Virus record (IMG/VR): IMGVR_UViG_3300036790_000129
Location: 1-59,416 of that record
DNA length: 59,416 nt
DNA from: a virus
Taxonomy: Duplodnaviria > Caudoviricetes
Reading direction: 5' to 3' (one strand)
Shown here in pieces: positions 20,201 to 29,059 of this stretch. Position numbers and translations under genes: made by a program. The notes beneath the pieces were generated by a model. That model was not told the origin of the DNA. It did no database searches and saw only the letters and a program-made list of their open reading frames with translations. Within the stretch, counting starts at the first letter, position 1, and every line of letters begins with the position of its first letter.

Positions 20201-22974
20201 GCGCCCATGACCACCTTCATTTCATCAAAGGCACCCGTCTGCGGGTTGTGCTGCGTCAGCACGGCCACTGGGCGTGTGTCGTCGTGAGCATTCTTGGTCA
20301 GGAAAACATCCAGCGGCTCGCCATCCGCCCCGATCGTGCCCGGGATGCGACCGTAGTGGGCATCGATCATCTTGCGCGAGAACTTGTCCGAGGCATCCGG
20401 CTGACTCTTGCGGATCGAACCAGCCGGATTTTCGATGTCCACCGGCACGTCACCCTGATCGCTGGTCAGCAATACCTTGGCTACCGGATAGTGACCATAA
20501 GACTTCTCACCCGGCGTGACCGGGCGCCGCTCACTCTGCGGATGCTCGGCGGCATCGACCGCCGTAGCGTCGATGGTCTTGGCCGCATCCGGTGCATTCG
20601 GGTCGATGGTGACACGTCCGGTCGGCGAGATCGGCGCAGAGACACCAGCCTTGGCCAGTGCATCCGCGACCGGCTGCGCGCGAGCGGTTAGATTTTGCCC
20701 TTCGGCATCGACATTCCCAGCCCCTTCATGCCCGAGGACACTCCCAGTCCCGAGGCTTGACCCATGCCCTTCATCCCCATCTTGCTGCCCGTGGGGTTGT
20801 TCAGGTTTCCCAGCTTCGGCTTCGCTGCCAGCTTCGGCTTCATCCCCTTGGTCACTCCCTGCGACGGGCTTTTCTGGCCGAACTTCTTGTTCGGGGTGAG
20901 GAGTGGATTCTTGGTTGACATACGGCTCTCCCGGCTTGAGGGGCACAATGCCCGTTTTGTCGTAGACGTGACTGAACACGTTCGACGTGTATTGTGAAGT
21001 ATGACCACGAATGCCAAGACGGCCATCGGCCATACGATAGTAATGGATGCCGCCGGCCTGTAGAGACTGCTCCATCTTGGGATTAGGTGCATAGAACGCA
21101 TCGAACGAATCCGGGCGTGCGGCATGATCGCGCGCGTAGGCTTGTTCGTTCGGGATGCCATCCTTGTCGAAATCGGCATCGTACTTGTCGTGGATGTAAT
21201 CCGGCGCAACCTTGTTCTGGATCGTTTCATTAAGCGCCCGGTTGAATTGCAACTGGCTCGGCTGATCGTAAGCAGCCCATCGTGACAGGATATCGAGCTC
21301 CGGACGCGGCACGATCTTGTGCGCCGTCTCCATGCTGATGGCTGCGTTCTTGGCCAGCGCAATAGACTGGTTTTCCTTGCCAGTCAGTTCGGTGTATTTG
21401 TCGAACGCGGCATTCGTTGAGACTTCATTGGCATACGCATCACGCGCGATAGCCTCACCGGTCTTGGGATCGACGGGTGCCGGTCCGTTCTGGGTGGCCT
21501 TGAAGATCGCGGCATAGCGCGGATCTTCGACCTGCAACTGATCGTGTGTCTTGGCCATCTTGGCATTCGACACGGTAACACCATGGACGGCTGAATCGAC
21601 CATGGCATTGTCGATGTTGTTCGTCACCTGACTGAGCGTGTCGATCACATCCGCTGTGCGCTTGGCACCGGCATTGCCATCCGTCGCTGCCTTCTGGATG
21701 CCGTTGTAACGAATATAGGCGGTCTGATAATCCTCCTGTTCCTTACCGGCAAGGAATCCCGCCATGGCGGCACTGGAGGCCGTGTTCTGCCATAAACCCT
21801 TCCATGTAAAGGGCTCCTGCATGTTGTCCGGCATCGCGGCGTTGTTCATCTGCCGCACGACTTCAGAGCCTGCTGCGCCGGCTACACCACCCGTAAACAC
21901 GCGCATGGCCAATGGCCCGGCGATGCTCAAGGGCACCGTATTACCCAACCATGTGGATACGCCGGACATCACGCCGGCTTTCACGGCGGCCAGCGGGTCG
22001 CCGGTCTGCTGGTAGACCGCATCCTGTGCCTTGGACGCGTTCACCACAGCAGGAATCGAGGACAGACGTGCCGAAGTGGTCAGGCCATCCTTGAGGATGT
22101 CGAAACCACCGGCAAATCCTTCACGTGGCAACGTGGCTGTCAGCTTGGCCGCCGCTTCCTCTGGACCCATCAGTGACATTTCCGCCAACTGGCCGCCAGC
22201 CGAACCGGCAATCTGCATACCTGTACCGACAGCACCTGACTGATCAGCCTCGGCCTGTGATTCCTGATTTAACCGAGCCGAAAAGTCCTTCTGTGGCTGG
22301 ATCGCATTGCGATTCCACCAGTCATAGGCACTCGTGGTTGGCGTGTCACTAACCAGACTGGCGATCTTGTCATAGGCATAAGGTGCAGCTCCGGCCGCTT
22401 TGGCTACAACGGTGCCCACATCCGGGAGGATGCGATCGAACTGACCTGCTCCTGCACCAAGCGCGTTGTAACTGCGCACACCAATGTCCCTCATGACATC
22501 AAGGCCACTGGGCTGATCTGGATTGCCACCCAACGCAAGATCCGCCGCCGCCCACGTCGGATCAAGTGGCGACTTCTGGATCTTGTCGATCTTGTCGGCA
22601 CCCCATGCCTCACCAGCTTTAAGGTCGGCCGGAGCTTGATCAATGTTGGCTTGTCCCACGAATGGACGCACCAGATCATCGGCCGCACTGCCGGCGGCAT
22701 CATTGACAGCTTTCAGGCCCGACTTGATCTTGTCGCCGATACTGGGTTCGGCAAAATCCGCATCCGTGACAGGCTGCAGTTGGTCATCACTGGGTGCTGG
22801 TTCCGGGGCCGGGATCTCGCCGTTGGTCGTGGGATCTGGATTGTCTACGGGTGCCGGGGGTGCAGATAACACGGAGCCCTGCACGTTGACAAGGCTCGTG
22901 GGCGGTGTAGCGAAGTCCGCATCCGTGACAGGCTGCAAGCCATCAGGGAGCGACGACGGATCAGGAGTATCCAT
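14215..22974 (-). CDS. Giant virion-associated large polyvalent protein (PPase-like, ART-like, LPD23/zincin, second zincin, LPD38-like C-terminus)
   Basis: 2919 aa; HYGRIPGTIGADGEPLDVFL...FDEMKV; VHYS...GYDGY; TGWSRGADSKWRFEIND...LLHEAQH; LLHEAIGHYGL; DLYWHF...AKPFEAG. Confidence 0.75.
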   Translation of the reverse strand: MDTPDPSSLPDGLQPVTDADFATPPTSLVNVQGSVLSAPPAPVDNPDPTTNGEIPAPEPAPSDDQLQPVTDADFAEPSIGDKIKSGLKAVNDAAGSAADDLVRPFVGQANIDQAPADLKAGEAWGADKIDKIQKSPLDPTWAAADLALGGNPDQPSGLDVMRDIGVRSYNALGAGAGQFDRILPDVGTVVAKAAGAAPYAYDKIASLVSDTPTTSAYDWWNRNAIQPQKDFSARLNQESQAEADQSGAVGTGMQIAGSAGGQLAEMSLMGPEEAAAKLTATLPREGFAGGFDILKDGLTTSARLSSIPAVVNASKAQDAVYQQTGDPLAAVKAGVMSGVSTWLGNTVPLSIAGPLAMRVFTGGVAGAAGSEVVRQMNNAAMPDNMQEPFTWKGLWQNTASSAAMAGFLAGKEQEDYQTAYIRYNGIQKAATDGNAGAKRTADVIDTLSQVTNNIDNAMVDSAVHGVTVSNAKMAKTHDQLQVEDPRYAAIFKATQNGPAPVDPKTGEAIARDAYANEVSTNAAFDKYTELTGKENQSIALAKNAAISMETAHKIVPRPELDILSRWAAYDQPSQLQFNRALNETIQNKVAPDYIHDKYDADFDKDGIPNEQAYARDHAARPDSFDAFYAPNPKMEQSLQAGGIHYYRMADGRLGIRGHTSQYTSNVFSHVYDKTGIVPLKPGEPYVNQESTPHPEQEVRPEKPVAGSDQGDEAEAGSEAEAGKPEQPHGQQDGDEGHGSSLGTGSVLGHEGAGNVDAEGQNLTARAQPVADALAKAGVSAPISPTGRVTIDPNAPDAAKTIDATAVDAAEHPQSERRPVTPGEKSYGHYPVAKVLLTSDQGDVPVDIENPAGSIRKSQPDASDKFSRKMIDAHYGRIPGTIGADGEPLDVFLTKNAHDDTRPVAVLTQHNPQTGAFDEMKVVMGAKSKGEAMSVYGKQYPMGMVHQLLPNGKNDIVMMSRAKFADYIHSGATDVPPHPISGAPMLKLRENVPFEGDAGSANMDDMDDKVKAVNTKHDTNLTYNQNDDTITGDIPAAKATAIHKSFSRIDGYAGSKINGHPIEKHADVAGSSPRGEVQEGSGSAVQQGKERTSLQDRAGTSDSALAGSESGQAQSVSGQRAHGIPVHALEKGTGPLRAPAANGIPDVKSDAPLFQEGEGGPHPVRVTGVHYSSKEGLTELDPREAGTGSAGGERKRFGAGNFGRGPDAMGRRTAFYVREGNELPPKESAVAGTHAYETQLNNLYDMRTDPDHIVSDAANHDDFEERVHDAGYDGYLANAMPGMTAKHVAVVMGVHGTIPVKDVGTSYLAKVSPDRERRIGLSDQEIAEENKNKVKEKLADKLNESTKDKLKDLSSEGEEDKRANPRLMFAGEKAKTGDKGALAYAKKIESEEQPKSAKEMEALTHGMTGWSRGADSKWRFEINDKDSRLKPGAMDLRGLHSEKGVPLGDVLDHPALYEAYPKIANDVHVKVEPRMPAEAGAMFDPETNTMMFHDLSMYPKTGDHSVQSILLHEAQHYIQREEDHATGGSPMEFLGPLKEQKQRLTTMRQGFRDQLDDLNDGTFADGRDGVLTKDEEKQHEEISAHIERINDMIRKQGLTDYQSMMGRAASKYMKIAGENEAYNVQERQNMTDAERLAMPPSMTEKYPRAEQIVRFGENDIEAHIRQEKPPTPPELNEEEKAQAAKDHHDAVQQHVMAISKAWKGAPPIHVVSDRTELPKPVQAYLDHFLGKDEDPAGLFHDGHVYLMSHSLTDPEDAGRVLLHEAIGHYGLHSSKTLGRDLPKLLDEIHASVKDTKDFKRIAALYEKIYGAQPNAQARRDLAEEYLAKVAETGKNPTIMQKVVAFVHDAMRRMGMAPKWNEGDIATMMARVHRDVVEGRVNDRGLESPQTTFSGKDFTATSTYRGAAGEGTVILRRDGSRELDIGDLHATLQSSVLDGRVVNSVEKLADPSPESIRSLARFTQEEGRAGVAIGKENVTKAQIEASGVPFKERPGYYELNSSENLPANTRFSVRNAAKGDPEDERILAKTIDHSVLDMTPWDRLQQVTRDFRDNIQNGDTALEMKQSTIDAGASIENYERHANGGLLLDAAQSAYKSYWMARNNEQITAGVLKNGVPEYKDGSFVSVAGRKGFIDMLAPLYKGTPDGKPLDRLFEGYAVAHRANELIKQTNADGTSKEKLLTQPEIDKLMALDQKYPQFKKVLSDLQNFNKQLLDLAVDRGSMSKAVADQWKQNMYVPFYRSMQENESSSWRGASNTLSGKKVTSKKLVGSQKKIEPVIESIVKNTSSILDKIYSNEAMRRVVALTDGIGMERAKIPMRAMQMSAEEAIGQLAKAGIEVDKSNLTDDDLNTLTTMFRPQKPVGADIVSVVENGKNIYYHVTDPLLLRSITNLQSIGDIGKVMDTLLGGAKRIYTVATTLDPRFMARIFLKDMMQSWMQTGTNPNMFKHLVGNAKDVLTDSHFLNDLRIAGYNGNEYYRIEEVRDLMSKLEGDKWNLLNSPKKLWEAYKHVGWMSEQTSRLTIAKHTLDRGGSMAEAAWQGQNTLNWQKRGDGKLAQYVMRGAPFMNAHIQGLTRLYDGMMGRDVTMNRQRAVTSFFLKGISLMLPTLALNLYNQQNKDYERLPDEAKDLYWHFYAGGTHYTLAKPFEAGAIAATIPERVMRVLQGKDTARTFAESMGNVANQMFGMNPIPRVALPVIEDIANKQQLGSKIPIVSEHEQELQPGAQVGMNTSPTVTAIARHMPEGAPDSLRSPVRLQHLIQGYTSSIGMYALQFADAMQRATGHAPPRAASPFSNPVTAGLAHIVNADKPASDTRNRYVDEVYSAQHDADAAAKTISTYVKQGHINDAREVMQNNRTALQYRNELHTVSSKMGELRTMEQAINASTTLSPQDKRTRLDNINQMRERMLDRVAPMLDMVTDFH

Positions 22975-22977
22975 GGA

Positions 22978-23991
22978 TCAGGAAGCCAGCTGGGGTGCGT
23001 TCGGGTCCGGTTGTCCAATCGGCGGCGTGGCGTTCGTGGGATCAGGTGGCACCGTCGGCTGTGGTGGTGCGGCAGGTTGCGCGGCAGCATATGAATCGGC
23101 CGACGTATTGTCGGTGGCCGACGATTGATCATCCGAATCATCGGTAGGACTGGACTCGTCAGGCTGCGGTGCCACGGGTGAAGGTGATGCTGGCGAAGGA
23201 GTCGCGCCAGATTTGTTCTGGTTGTAGATATCCTTCGCCTGCTGGATCGTGATCGGCGTCTTGCTGCCATCCGAGCCCACCTTGTAGAAGTTGCCTTTGG
23301 CATCCTTGGCCACGGATACGCCAGCGGCACCTGCAGCGGGGGTGCTTGGTGTGGCGCCCGAGGGCAATAGAATACCGTTGTCGCCAGCCATCTTGGTCTG
23401 CACTTGCAGATAAGACTGGTAGTACGCCGCACTAATGTCCGCCTGCGCCTGCGCGACCTTGGCAGCTTTCACGGCCGATGGATCGCCAGCCTCATACATC
23501 TTATCAGCTTGCATCTTGGTTACACGCGCCTGATCGGCCGATGCCTGCTTGCCCCACGCGTAGACATACTTGTCCACGTGGTCGAGCTGCTGCTGGTGCG
23601 TCATCGCCTTATCAGCACCACTATTCTTGGCGAGATTGTCAGCTTCTTCCTGTTCGATCGCTAGATGCTGTGCTTCCTGTATGCGTGACTCGGCGAACTG
23701 ACGATCCTGTTGTGACTTGGATTCATCGAATTGCTGTTGCTGCTGCGCCTTGTCTTGCGCATGCTGTTCACGAGCCAACTCGGTTTCTGCCGCATGATCC
23801 TTGGCTTTCTGGGCTTCATTGGCATCGTCACGAGCATCTTCAGCAGCCTCTTTCTTGTCGGAGAGCATCTGCTGAAACTGTTCCTTCGCGGCCTGAATCC
23901 GTTCCTCATGCGCTGCGATGGCGTACTGCCCGACAGTCGTGGCGACTGCACCCAGACCACGCGAGAGATTGTTGGAAAGCTGTGCGTCCAT
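22978..23991 (-). CDS. Putative internal virion/ejection protein
   Basis: Q/A/E-rich coiled coil; position just upstream of the giant protein. Confidence 0.6.
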   Translation of the reverse strand: MDAQLSNNLSRGLGAVATTVGQYAIAAHEERIQAAKEQFQQMLSDKKEAAEDARDDANEAQKAKDHAAETELAREQHAQDKAQQQQQFDESKSQQDRQFAESRIQEAQHLAIEQEEADNLAKNSGADKAMTHQQQLDHVDKYVYAWGKQASADQARVTKMQADKMYEAGDPSAVKAAKVAQAQADISAAYYQSYLQVQTKMAGDNGILLPSGATPSTPAAGAAGVSVAKDAKGNFYKVGSDGSKTPITIQQAKDIYNQNKSGATPSPASPSPVAPQPDESSPTDDSDDQSSATDNTSADSYAAAQPAAPPQPTVPPDPTNATPPIGQPDPNAPQLAS

Positions 23992-25037
23992 TATTGGGCT
24001 CCCCCGGTAAGACCCGGACCACTAGGTGGTGCAGCGCCCGATGGTGGTGCACCCTGCTGCGCACCCTGATCGGGCGCAGCTTGGGGTGGTGGTGTGGACG
24101 ATCCGGCTTGTGGTGGCGGCGAAGGTGGTGCTGGCGCCGAAACGGGTTGCGGACCGTCACCGGGCGCAAAGCTGTTGCTGGGTTTCTTGGACAAGACACC
24201 CGAACCCGACAACTTGTCCAGTACGTTCTGGTTGACCATGCCGGAAGCCATTTCACGCTTGACCTGTTGCTGCCAGAACTGCATGTTCTGCTGGCGCATG
24301 GCAGGGGAGATCATGCCAGCCTTCAACTCCATCGTGCCGAATACGCGCACGGCCTGCATCTGTGCCGAACAGATCAGGCGGATCTCGAAATCTGAAAAAT
24401 CGTATTCGCCCTTGCTGGTCAGACCACGAAATGGCGGCACACCCTTGAAGATCCCCGAGGCATTGCCTGTGATGTAAACCAGTGCGCAACATTCGAAGCA
24501 CGCATGAAACAGTACGTCAGGGCTGTATTGCACCTTGGACACTTGCGCCTGCTGTACGATCATCATCGCGATCTGCGCTGTCGTGGTTCCAATCGCAACG
24601 GCCAGTGGCACTTTGGGATTGTTCAGGTATTTCAGGATCGCATCATGCGGAGACAGCGTGCTGGGATGGACATGTGCGGGTCGTTTCTTGCCTGTGTCGC
24701 TCAGGATAAGCGTAAAGCGACTCACGAACTGATCGAACTCGGCCTGCTCCTTGGGATCGACCGACATGGGCTGCGTCGGATCGTTCGCAGTCATCGCATT
24801 GCGCGCATCCTGCACCGTGCCGATCGCCCGTGGACCGCCGGCATCCGCACCATTCACGGATTGATCGGTGGTCGAGGCGTTATCGCTGCCCGGCACCGTG
24901 CCCGGATACGTGGGCTGCTGCATCGGGGGCGCCTGCGTCTGCGTCTGCGCACCCTGACCGGGCGGCTGGCCCGGCGTGGGAGGTTGCTGCTGCGATGGAT
25001 CGGGCGCATTCTGGCCCGGCGTAATCAATCCTGTCAT
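23991..25037 (-). CDS. Putative virion protein with Pro/Gln-rich termini
   Basis: Translationally coupled in the structural operon. Confidence 0.6.
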   Translation of the reverse strand: MTGLITPGQNAPDPSQQQPPTPGQPPGQGAQTQTQAPPMQQPTYPGTVPGSDNASTTDQSVNGADAGGPRAIGTVQDARNAMTANDPTQPMSVDPKEQAEFDQFVSRFTLILSDTGKKRPAHVHPSTLSPHDAILKYLNNPKVPLAVAIGTTTAQIAMMIVQQAQVSKVQYSPDVLFHACFECCALVYITGNASGIFKGVPPFRGLTSKGEYDFSDFEIRLICSAQMQAVRVFGTMELKAGMISPAMRQQNMQFWQQQVKREMASGMVNQNVLDKLSGSGVLSKKPSNSFAPGDGPQPVSAPAPPSPPPQAGSSTPPPQAAPDQGAQQGAPPSGAAPPSGPGLTGGAQ

Positions 25038-26389
25038 GACGGCGTACCCATGTAATTGACCGCACCCTGCGGAACCAGTCCACCGATGCCAGCACTGTTG
25101 GCGACTGTCTGGCCAAGATTGCCAGGCGTTCCCGTAGACGGGCTGGCGCCGGCAATAGCGGCATTCGACAGCTGCGCACCGGTATAAGCCCCGGCCGTCA
25201 TCGCGCCCGCACCGGGTCTCAAGTTGGCTGGTACACCTGTGGGTGCTGGCTCACCACCACCTGTAGCTAGCCCGAATCCGGAATTGATCGTGTGGATACC
25301 CAGACCGGAGCCCTGACCCTTGGAGTTGACACCGGCATACTGCATCTGCGGCTGCTGTTTCTGCAGCAACGAAGAGGCCATCTGCAAGCCGCTCTGAAGC
25401 AACATGCTGGTGCCGAGACTCATGCCACCACTGCTAGTGCCGGGGAGAACAGGAGCTACCGCACCCGGTACTGTGGATGACGTTGCCCCTGTACCAAAGA
25501 CCTTTCCAGCCACATTCTTGATGCCATTCCAGAGATTATTTGCACCATTCTCGATTGAGCCAACGAAACCAGTAGGTGTTGTTGCTGTCAATGCCGAGTC
25601 GGCTGCTGGACCTACGCCTGTACCTGCCGTGGCAAGATTGAATGTCGCGCCAGTATTTCCTGTCAGTCCCGCACCAATGTCACCTGTAGTACCGGTTCCA
25701 CCAATACTGGCGCTGGACAAGCCACTGGAATCAGTCAGGATACTTCCGGGCGCCCCAGCTGCGACACCCGACGTGCCCTGACTGGCGGCAGTGAAGTCGA
25801 AGGCGGTGGGATCACTAGCAGCCTGCGATACCGAACTCAAGGCAGATTCACTGGCGCCCGATGGCATGGATGAGAGTGCAGTGGCCTGTGAAATTGTCGA
25901 GGCATCCGCACCAGCATCCATGGCTGCTGCACCAACCGCCTGACCAGAGAATGCCGCCAAGGCATCCCCTCCGCCAGCGACAGCAGCTCCTACTGAAGAA
26001 CCAGCACCTAGCAAACCAAAACTTCCACCACCAACTGAAGCCATGTCTGCACCCGCACTGGCCGCACCCGCGCCCAAGGTGCCAAACGTACCACCACCAA
26101 CCGATGCTGCATCCGCACCAAGGCTGGTGGCATCGATACCCATCGCTGCAGCTGATCCCCCTGCCGCAGCGGCAGGGGCGAAATACGCCATGGCGGCACC
26201 TGCCGTGAAGTAGGCGGCCACAGCGATGGCTACCGTTCGGATGATCGGGTTATGCCACGCTGTCACCGCCGATTCCTTGAGCGTATGAAAGATATTGCTG
26301 ATGTTTTTCCCGATGTCGAATGGGTGCGTGATCGGATTAATGACCGTGGCACGAAAAACTTTTCCAATACTGGACAGGACGCCACTCAT
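25034..26389 (-). CDS. Gly/Ala-rich internal virion (pilot-like) protein with hydrophobic N-terminal segment
   Basis: AGGAG RBS before MSGVLSS; VAIAVAAYFTAGAAMAYF segment. Confidence 0.65.
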   Translation of the reverse strand: MSGVLSSIGKVFRATVINPITHPFDIGKNISNIFHTLKESAVTAWHNPIIRTVAIAVAAYFTAGAAMAYFAPAAAAGGSAAAMGIDATSLGADAASVGGGTFGTLGAGAASAGADMASVGGGSFGLLGAGSSVGAAVAGGGDALAAFSGQAVGAAAMDAGADASTISQATALSSMPSGASESALSSVSQAASDPTAFDFTAASQGTSGVAAGAPGSILTDSSGLSSASIGGTGTTGDIGAGLTGNTGATFNLATAGTGVGPAADSALTATTPTGFVGSIENGANNLWNGIKNVAGKVFGTGATSSTVPGAVAPVLPGTSSGGMSLGTSMLLQSGLQMASSLLQKQQPQMQYAGVNSKGQGSGLGIHTINSGFGLATGGGEPAPTGVPANLRPGAGAMTAGAYTGAQLSNAAIAGASPSTGTPGNLGQTVANSAGIGGLVPQGAVNYMGTPS

Positions 26390-26859
26390 GACATTTCTCC
26401 TATGAAGGCGCACGGAAAATTAAATTGTGCGTCTTGGCCAATTTGTTTCATCAGTTCAAGATCGTAACGCATGGCGGCATCTATTTTTAAGGAAAAAACG
26501 CCAAGGTGAATGCCGCGACATTCAGCCACCCAATTCTTGTTTTGTTTTTGAAACCATACGCCACGAATTTTTCCATGAATCTTGCTTCGTGTATTCATCA
26601 TGTTTTCGCGCTGCGTACCTACACGAAAGTTTGAACGACGATTGTCACGCTTGTCACGATTTCGATGGTCAATCACTTTTCCTTTTGGCGCATTGAGTAG
26701 CCAGCGATGAAGTAATTGCAGTCGTCCATCTATCCAAGAGATAAGATAACCAGCACCATGAGCTGACCACTTCTTTTGAATAACGCGAAATACATCTTCA
26801 TCTGACACAAGGAATGTTCCTTTGCCCGCAGACGCTTTCAGTCTCCAGCAAATATCCAT
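26386..26859 (-). CDS. HNH-AP2 homing endonuclease
   Basis: LHRWLL...IDHRNRDKRDNRRSNFR...GVWF...W.A...HLG.F...AAMRYD...FNFP; AT-rich. Confidence 0.9.
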   Translation of the reverse strand: MDICWRLKASAGKGTFLVSDEDVFRVIQKKWSAHGAGYLISWIDGRLQLLHRWLLNAPKGKVIDHRNRDKRDNRRSNFRVGTQRENMMNTRSKIHGKIRGVWFQKQNKNWVAECRGIHLGVFSLKIDAAMRYDLELMKQIGQDAQFNFPCAFIGEMS

Positions 26860-26868
26860 TTCCTTACC

Positions 26869-27372
26869 TCACGCAGCCTGTTGGCCGACAAGAATTTCTT
26901 CGTATTGGGGATGGTTCATAGTGAACAACGTCCCCTCCAAGACAAACCCTACAGATTCGTAGGTGCGCTGTGCTGTGGCCATCGTCCCCTGACCCGAGCT
27001 GACCGCCATTTCAATGCGGATCACCCGAGGTACGGCGAATGCCCACTCGATCATCATCTGCAGCATACGCTTGCCATCCCCGAACCGCTTGGAATGGAAC
27101 ACCAGATCCGATGCCTTGCGTGGTCCCTCACTCTGATCAGCCCACCACAATGTCTGCACGGCCGCGATCAGGATGCCGGTCAACTCACCGTCGTGTTCGG
27201 CCACCAGCACCAGTCCCATCGCCGGGTTCATGCACGCCATCAGGGTCTGCACGACGACACCCCAGTCTGGGCAGCAACACCGATACGGCGTAGCGCGGCG
27301 AAGCTCATCGAGCAATACGATGGTTTTCTGCAGATCATCCGGTTCGATCAGTCGGATCATGAGGTAGGACAC
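26869..27372 (-). CDS. GNAT-family acetyltransferase
   Basis: MIRLIEPDDL...LVAEHDGELTG...GKRML...YESVGF. Confidence 0.75.
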   Translation of the reverse strand: MSYLMIRLIEPDDLQKTIVLLDELRRATPYRCCCPDWGVVVQTLMACMNPAMGLVLVAEHDGELTGILIAAVQTLWWADQSEGPRKASDLVFHSKRFGDGKRMLQMMIEWAFAVPRVIRIEMAVSSGQGTMATAQRTYESVGFVLEGTLFTMNHPQYEEILVGQQAA

Positions 27373-27662
27373 GCAGCCAGATAGCAGGCAGCCAAGCCAC
27401 TAGTGTAAGCAGTACATACGAGCTGGAATTGCAGATCACCCGCAAGACCCACCACTTGAGTAACGCCAACAGCTGTAATGGGCGCCCCAAGATTGACCCA
27501 TCCTGTCGTCTTTCCACCATACAGACATTGCAATTGAATAGTACCTACGAAACCGGGCCCACCAACCCATACCGTGACATTGGCATTCAGCATTGAAATT
27601 GGAGTACTGGTCTGATTCGCAGCATTGAGATTGACAGTCGTAGAAGTAAGTAGCTGTGACAT
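27357..27662 (-). CDS. Small beta-rich virion protein
   Basis: GGAG RBS; structural operon. Confidence 0.6.
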   Translation of the reverse strand: MSQLLTSTTVNLNAANQTSTPISMLNANVTVWVGGPGFVGTIQLQCLYGGKTTGWVNLGAPITAVGVTQVVGLAGDLQFQLVCTAYTSGLAACYLAACPTS

Positions 27663-27675
27663 GATGTGTCTCCAA

Positions 27676-29058
27676 TCAATCGGTCGGAAAGTTGCCGGTG
27701 TACGAAGCTGGGTTGGAGGCAGTAGGGGTCGGCATCATGGATGAATAGTAGGCATTATTCATCGTCATGAAACTGTTGAACTGATCGACGGCCTGTTGGA
27801 TCGCGGCATTGGCCTGCGTGGCATTGATATTTGGATTGGACTGGATCGAGGCGATTGTCTGCATGAGGTTGGTTTGATCAGTTTGCACGGCAGACAAATA
27901 ACTCATTTGGACATTCATGCCATACTGCTGAGTTGCGTTTTGCTGGGTGTACCCTTCCGTGATCCCGGCATTGGTAATGGCATACCCTTCCTGTGTGGCG
28001 TTAGTGGACGTGGTATCAGCGAACGTCTGCGCCATCGTGGTCAGGGTTGCTTGAGTATTGGCCTGAATGACTGCAAGCTGCGACTGCAGCGATACGCCAG
28101 ATTCGACAGTGTTGGCCTGCACCTGTGCATACAGCTGCTGCATCGACTGATTGGTCTGGTCCGTGAGCATGGCTACACCCTGTTGGAAGTTCTGCTGGCT
28201 CAGGGTGGCATTCTGGATGAAGGTGTTTTGTGCGGTAGCGAAGGTGTTTGCGGCCGTCGCATTGAACTGGGCAGCGGCCGCATTCGTTTGGGCATCCGCT
28301 GAAGCAATCGTGAGAGCGACTTGCGAACCGGCCATGGTGGCCGCTGTCTGGGCCATCAGCGAGTTATTGCCACCGTTGGAAGCATTCGCCCGAATGGCAG
28401 ATTGTTCAGCCGCTTGGATCGCTGGATTGCCAGCCGACATCAAATTGGCGTACTGGCCCGCGACTGTCTGAGGTGCCGTAACATTCCAATTTGTCGCACC
28501 AGCCAGCTGTGGTGCTTCTGCAGCGGTATAGTTGGATGCATCGGGCGTGGATGCGTTCGCTGGTACATTGTTGGGCAACAATGACTGAAGCGAAAATCCC
28601 GGATTGATGGGGTTCGTGGGAGCTGCTGGAGTAGTCGGCGTGACAGGAGCGGTTGGAAAGGCTGGATTCGATGGCACACCGGGCAGCGATGGCAAGACTG
28701 AAGGAATGGATGGCGAGACTGAAGGAATGGATGGCGCCATTGGGCTGGTAATACTGCCCGGATTGACGTTGTTCGTGGGAGCATTCCCGGAAATCACTGG
28801 TGACAGAGGATTACCTGTGAGGCCCATGCCGGCAGAGGTTGGAGCTGGAGTGGTAGGTGTGGCAGCGGCGGGTGATGCGGAAGGTGTAGTCGATGACCCC
28901 GCAGCGATTGACGGCACTGATGGCATGAGACCACTCATTGGTGCAGTGGGCGTGGTCGGTGTATCAGGCACTGTTCCATTGATGACTGGCGACAACGGAT
29001 TGCCTGTCAGGCCTACGCCTCCGGAAGATGTGCTGGGGAATCCAGATGCAAGGGCCAT
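27676..29058 (-). CDS. Pro/Ser/Thr- and Gln/Asn-rich virion protein
   Basis: 460 aa; GLTGNPLSPVI duplicated; almost no basic residues. Confidence 0.65.
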   Translation of the reverse strand: MALASGFPSTSSGGVGLTGNPLSPVINGTVPDTPTTPTAPMSGLMPSVPSIAAGSSTTPSASPAAATPTTPAPTSAGMGLTGNPLSPVISGNAPTNNVNPGSITSPMAPSIPSVSPSIPSVLPSLPGVPSNPAFPTAPVTPTTPAAPTNPINPGFSLQSLLPNNVPANASTPDASNYTAAEAPQLAGATNWNVTAPQTVAGQYANLMSAGNPAIQAAEQSAIRANASNGGNNSLMAQTAATMAGSQVALTIASADAQTNAAAAQFNATAANTFATAQNTFIQNATLSQQNFQQGVAMLTDQTNQSMQQLYAQVQANTVESGVSLQSQLAVIQANTQATLTTMAQTFADTTSTNATQEGYAITNAGITEGYTQQNATQQYGMNVQMSYLSAVQTDQTNLMQTIASIQSNPNINATQANAAIQQAVDQFNSFMTMNNAYYSSMMPTPTASNPASYTGNFPTD

Positions 29059-29059
29059 G

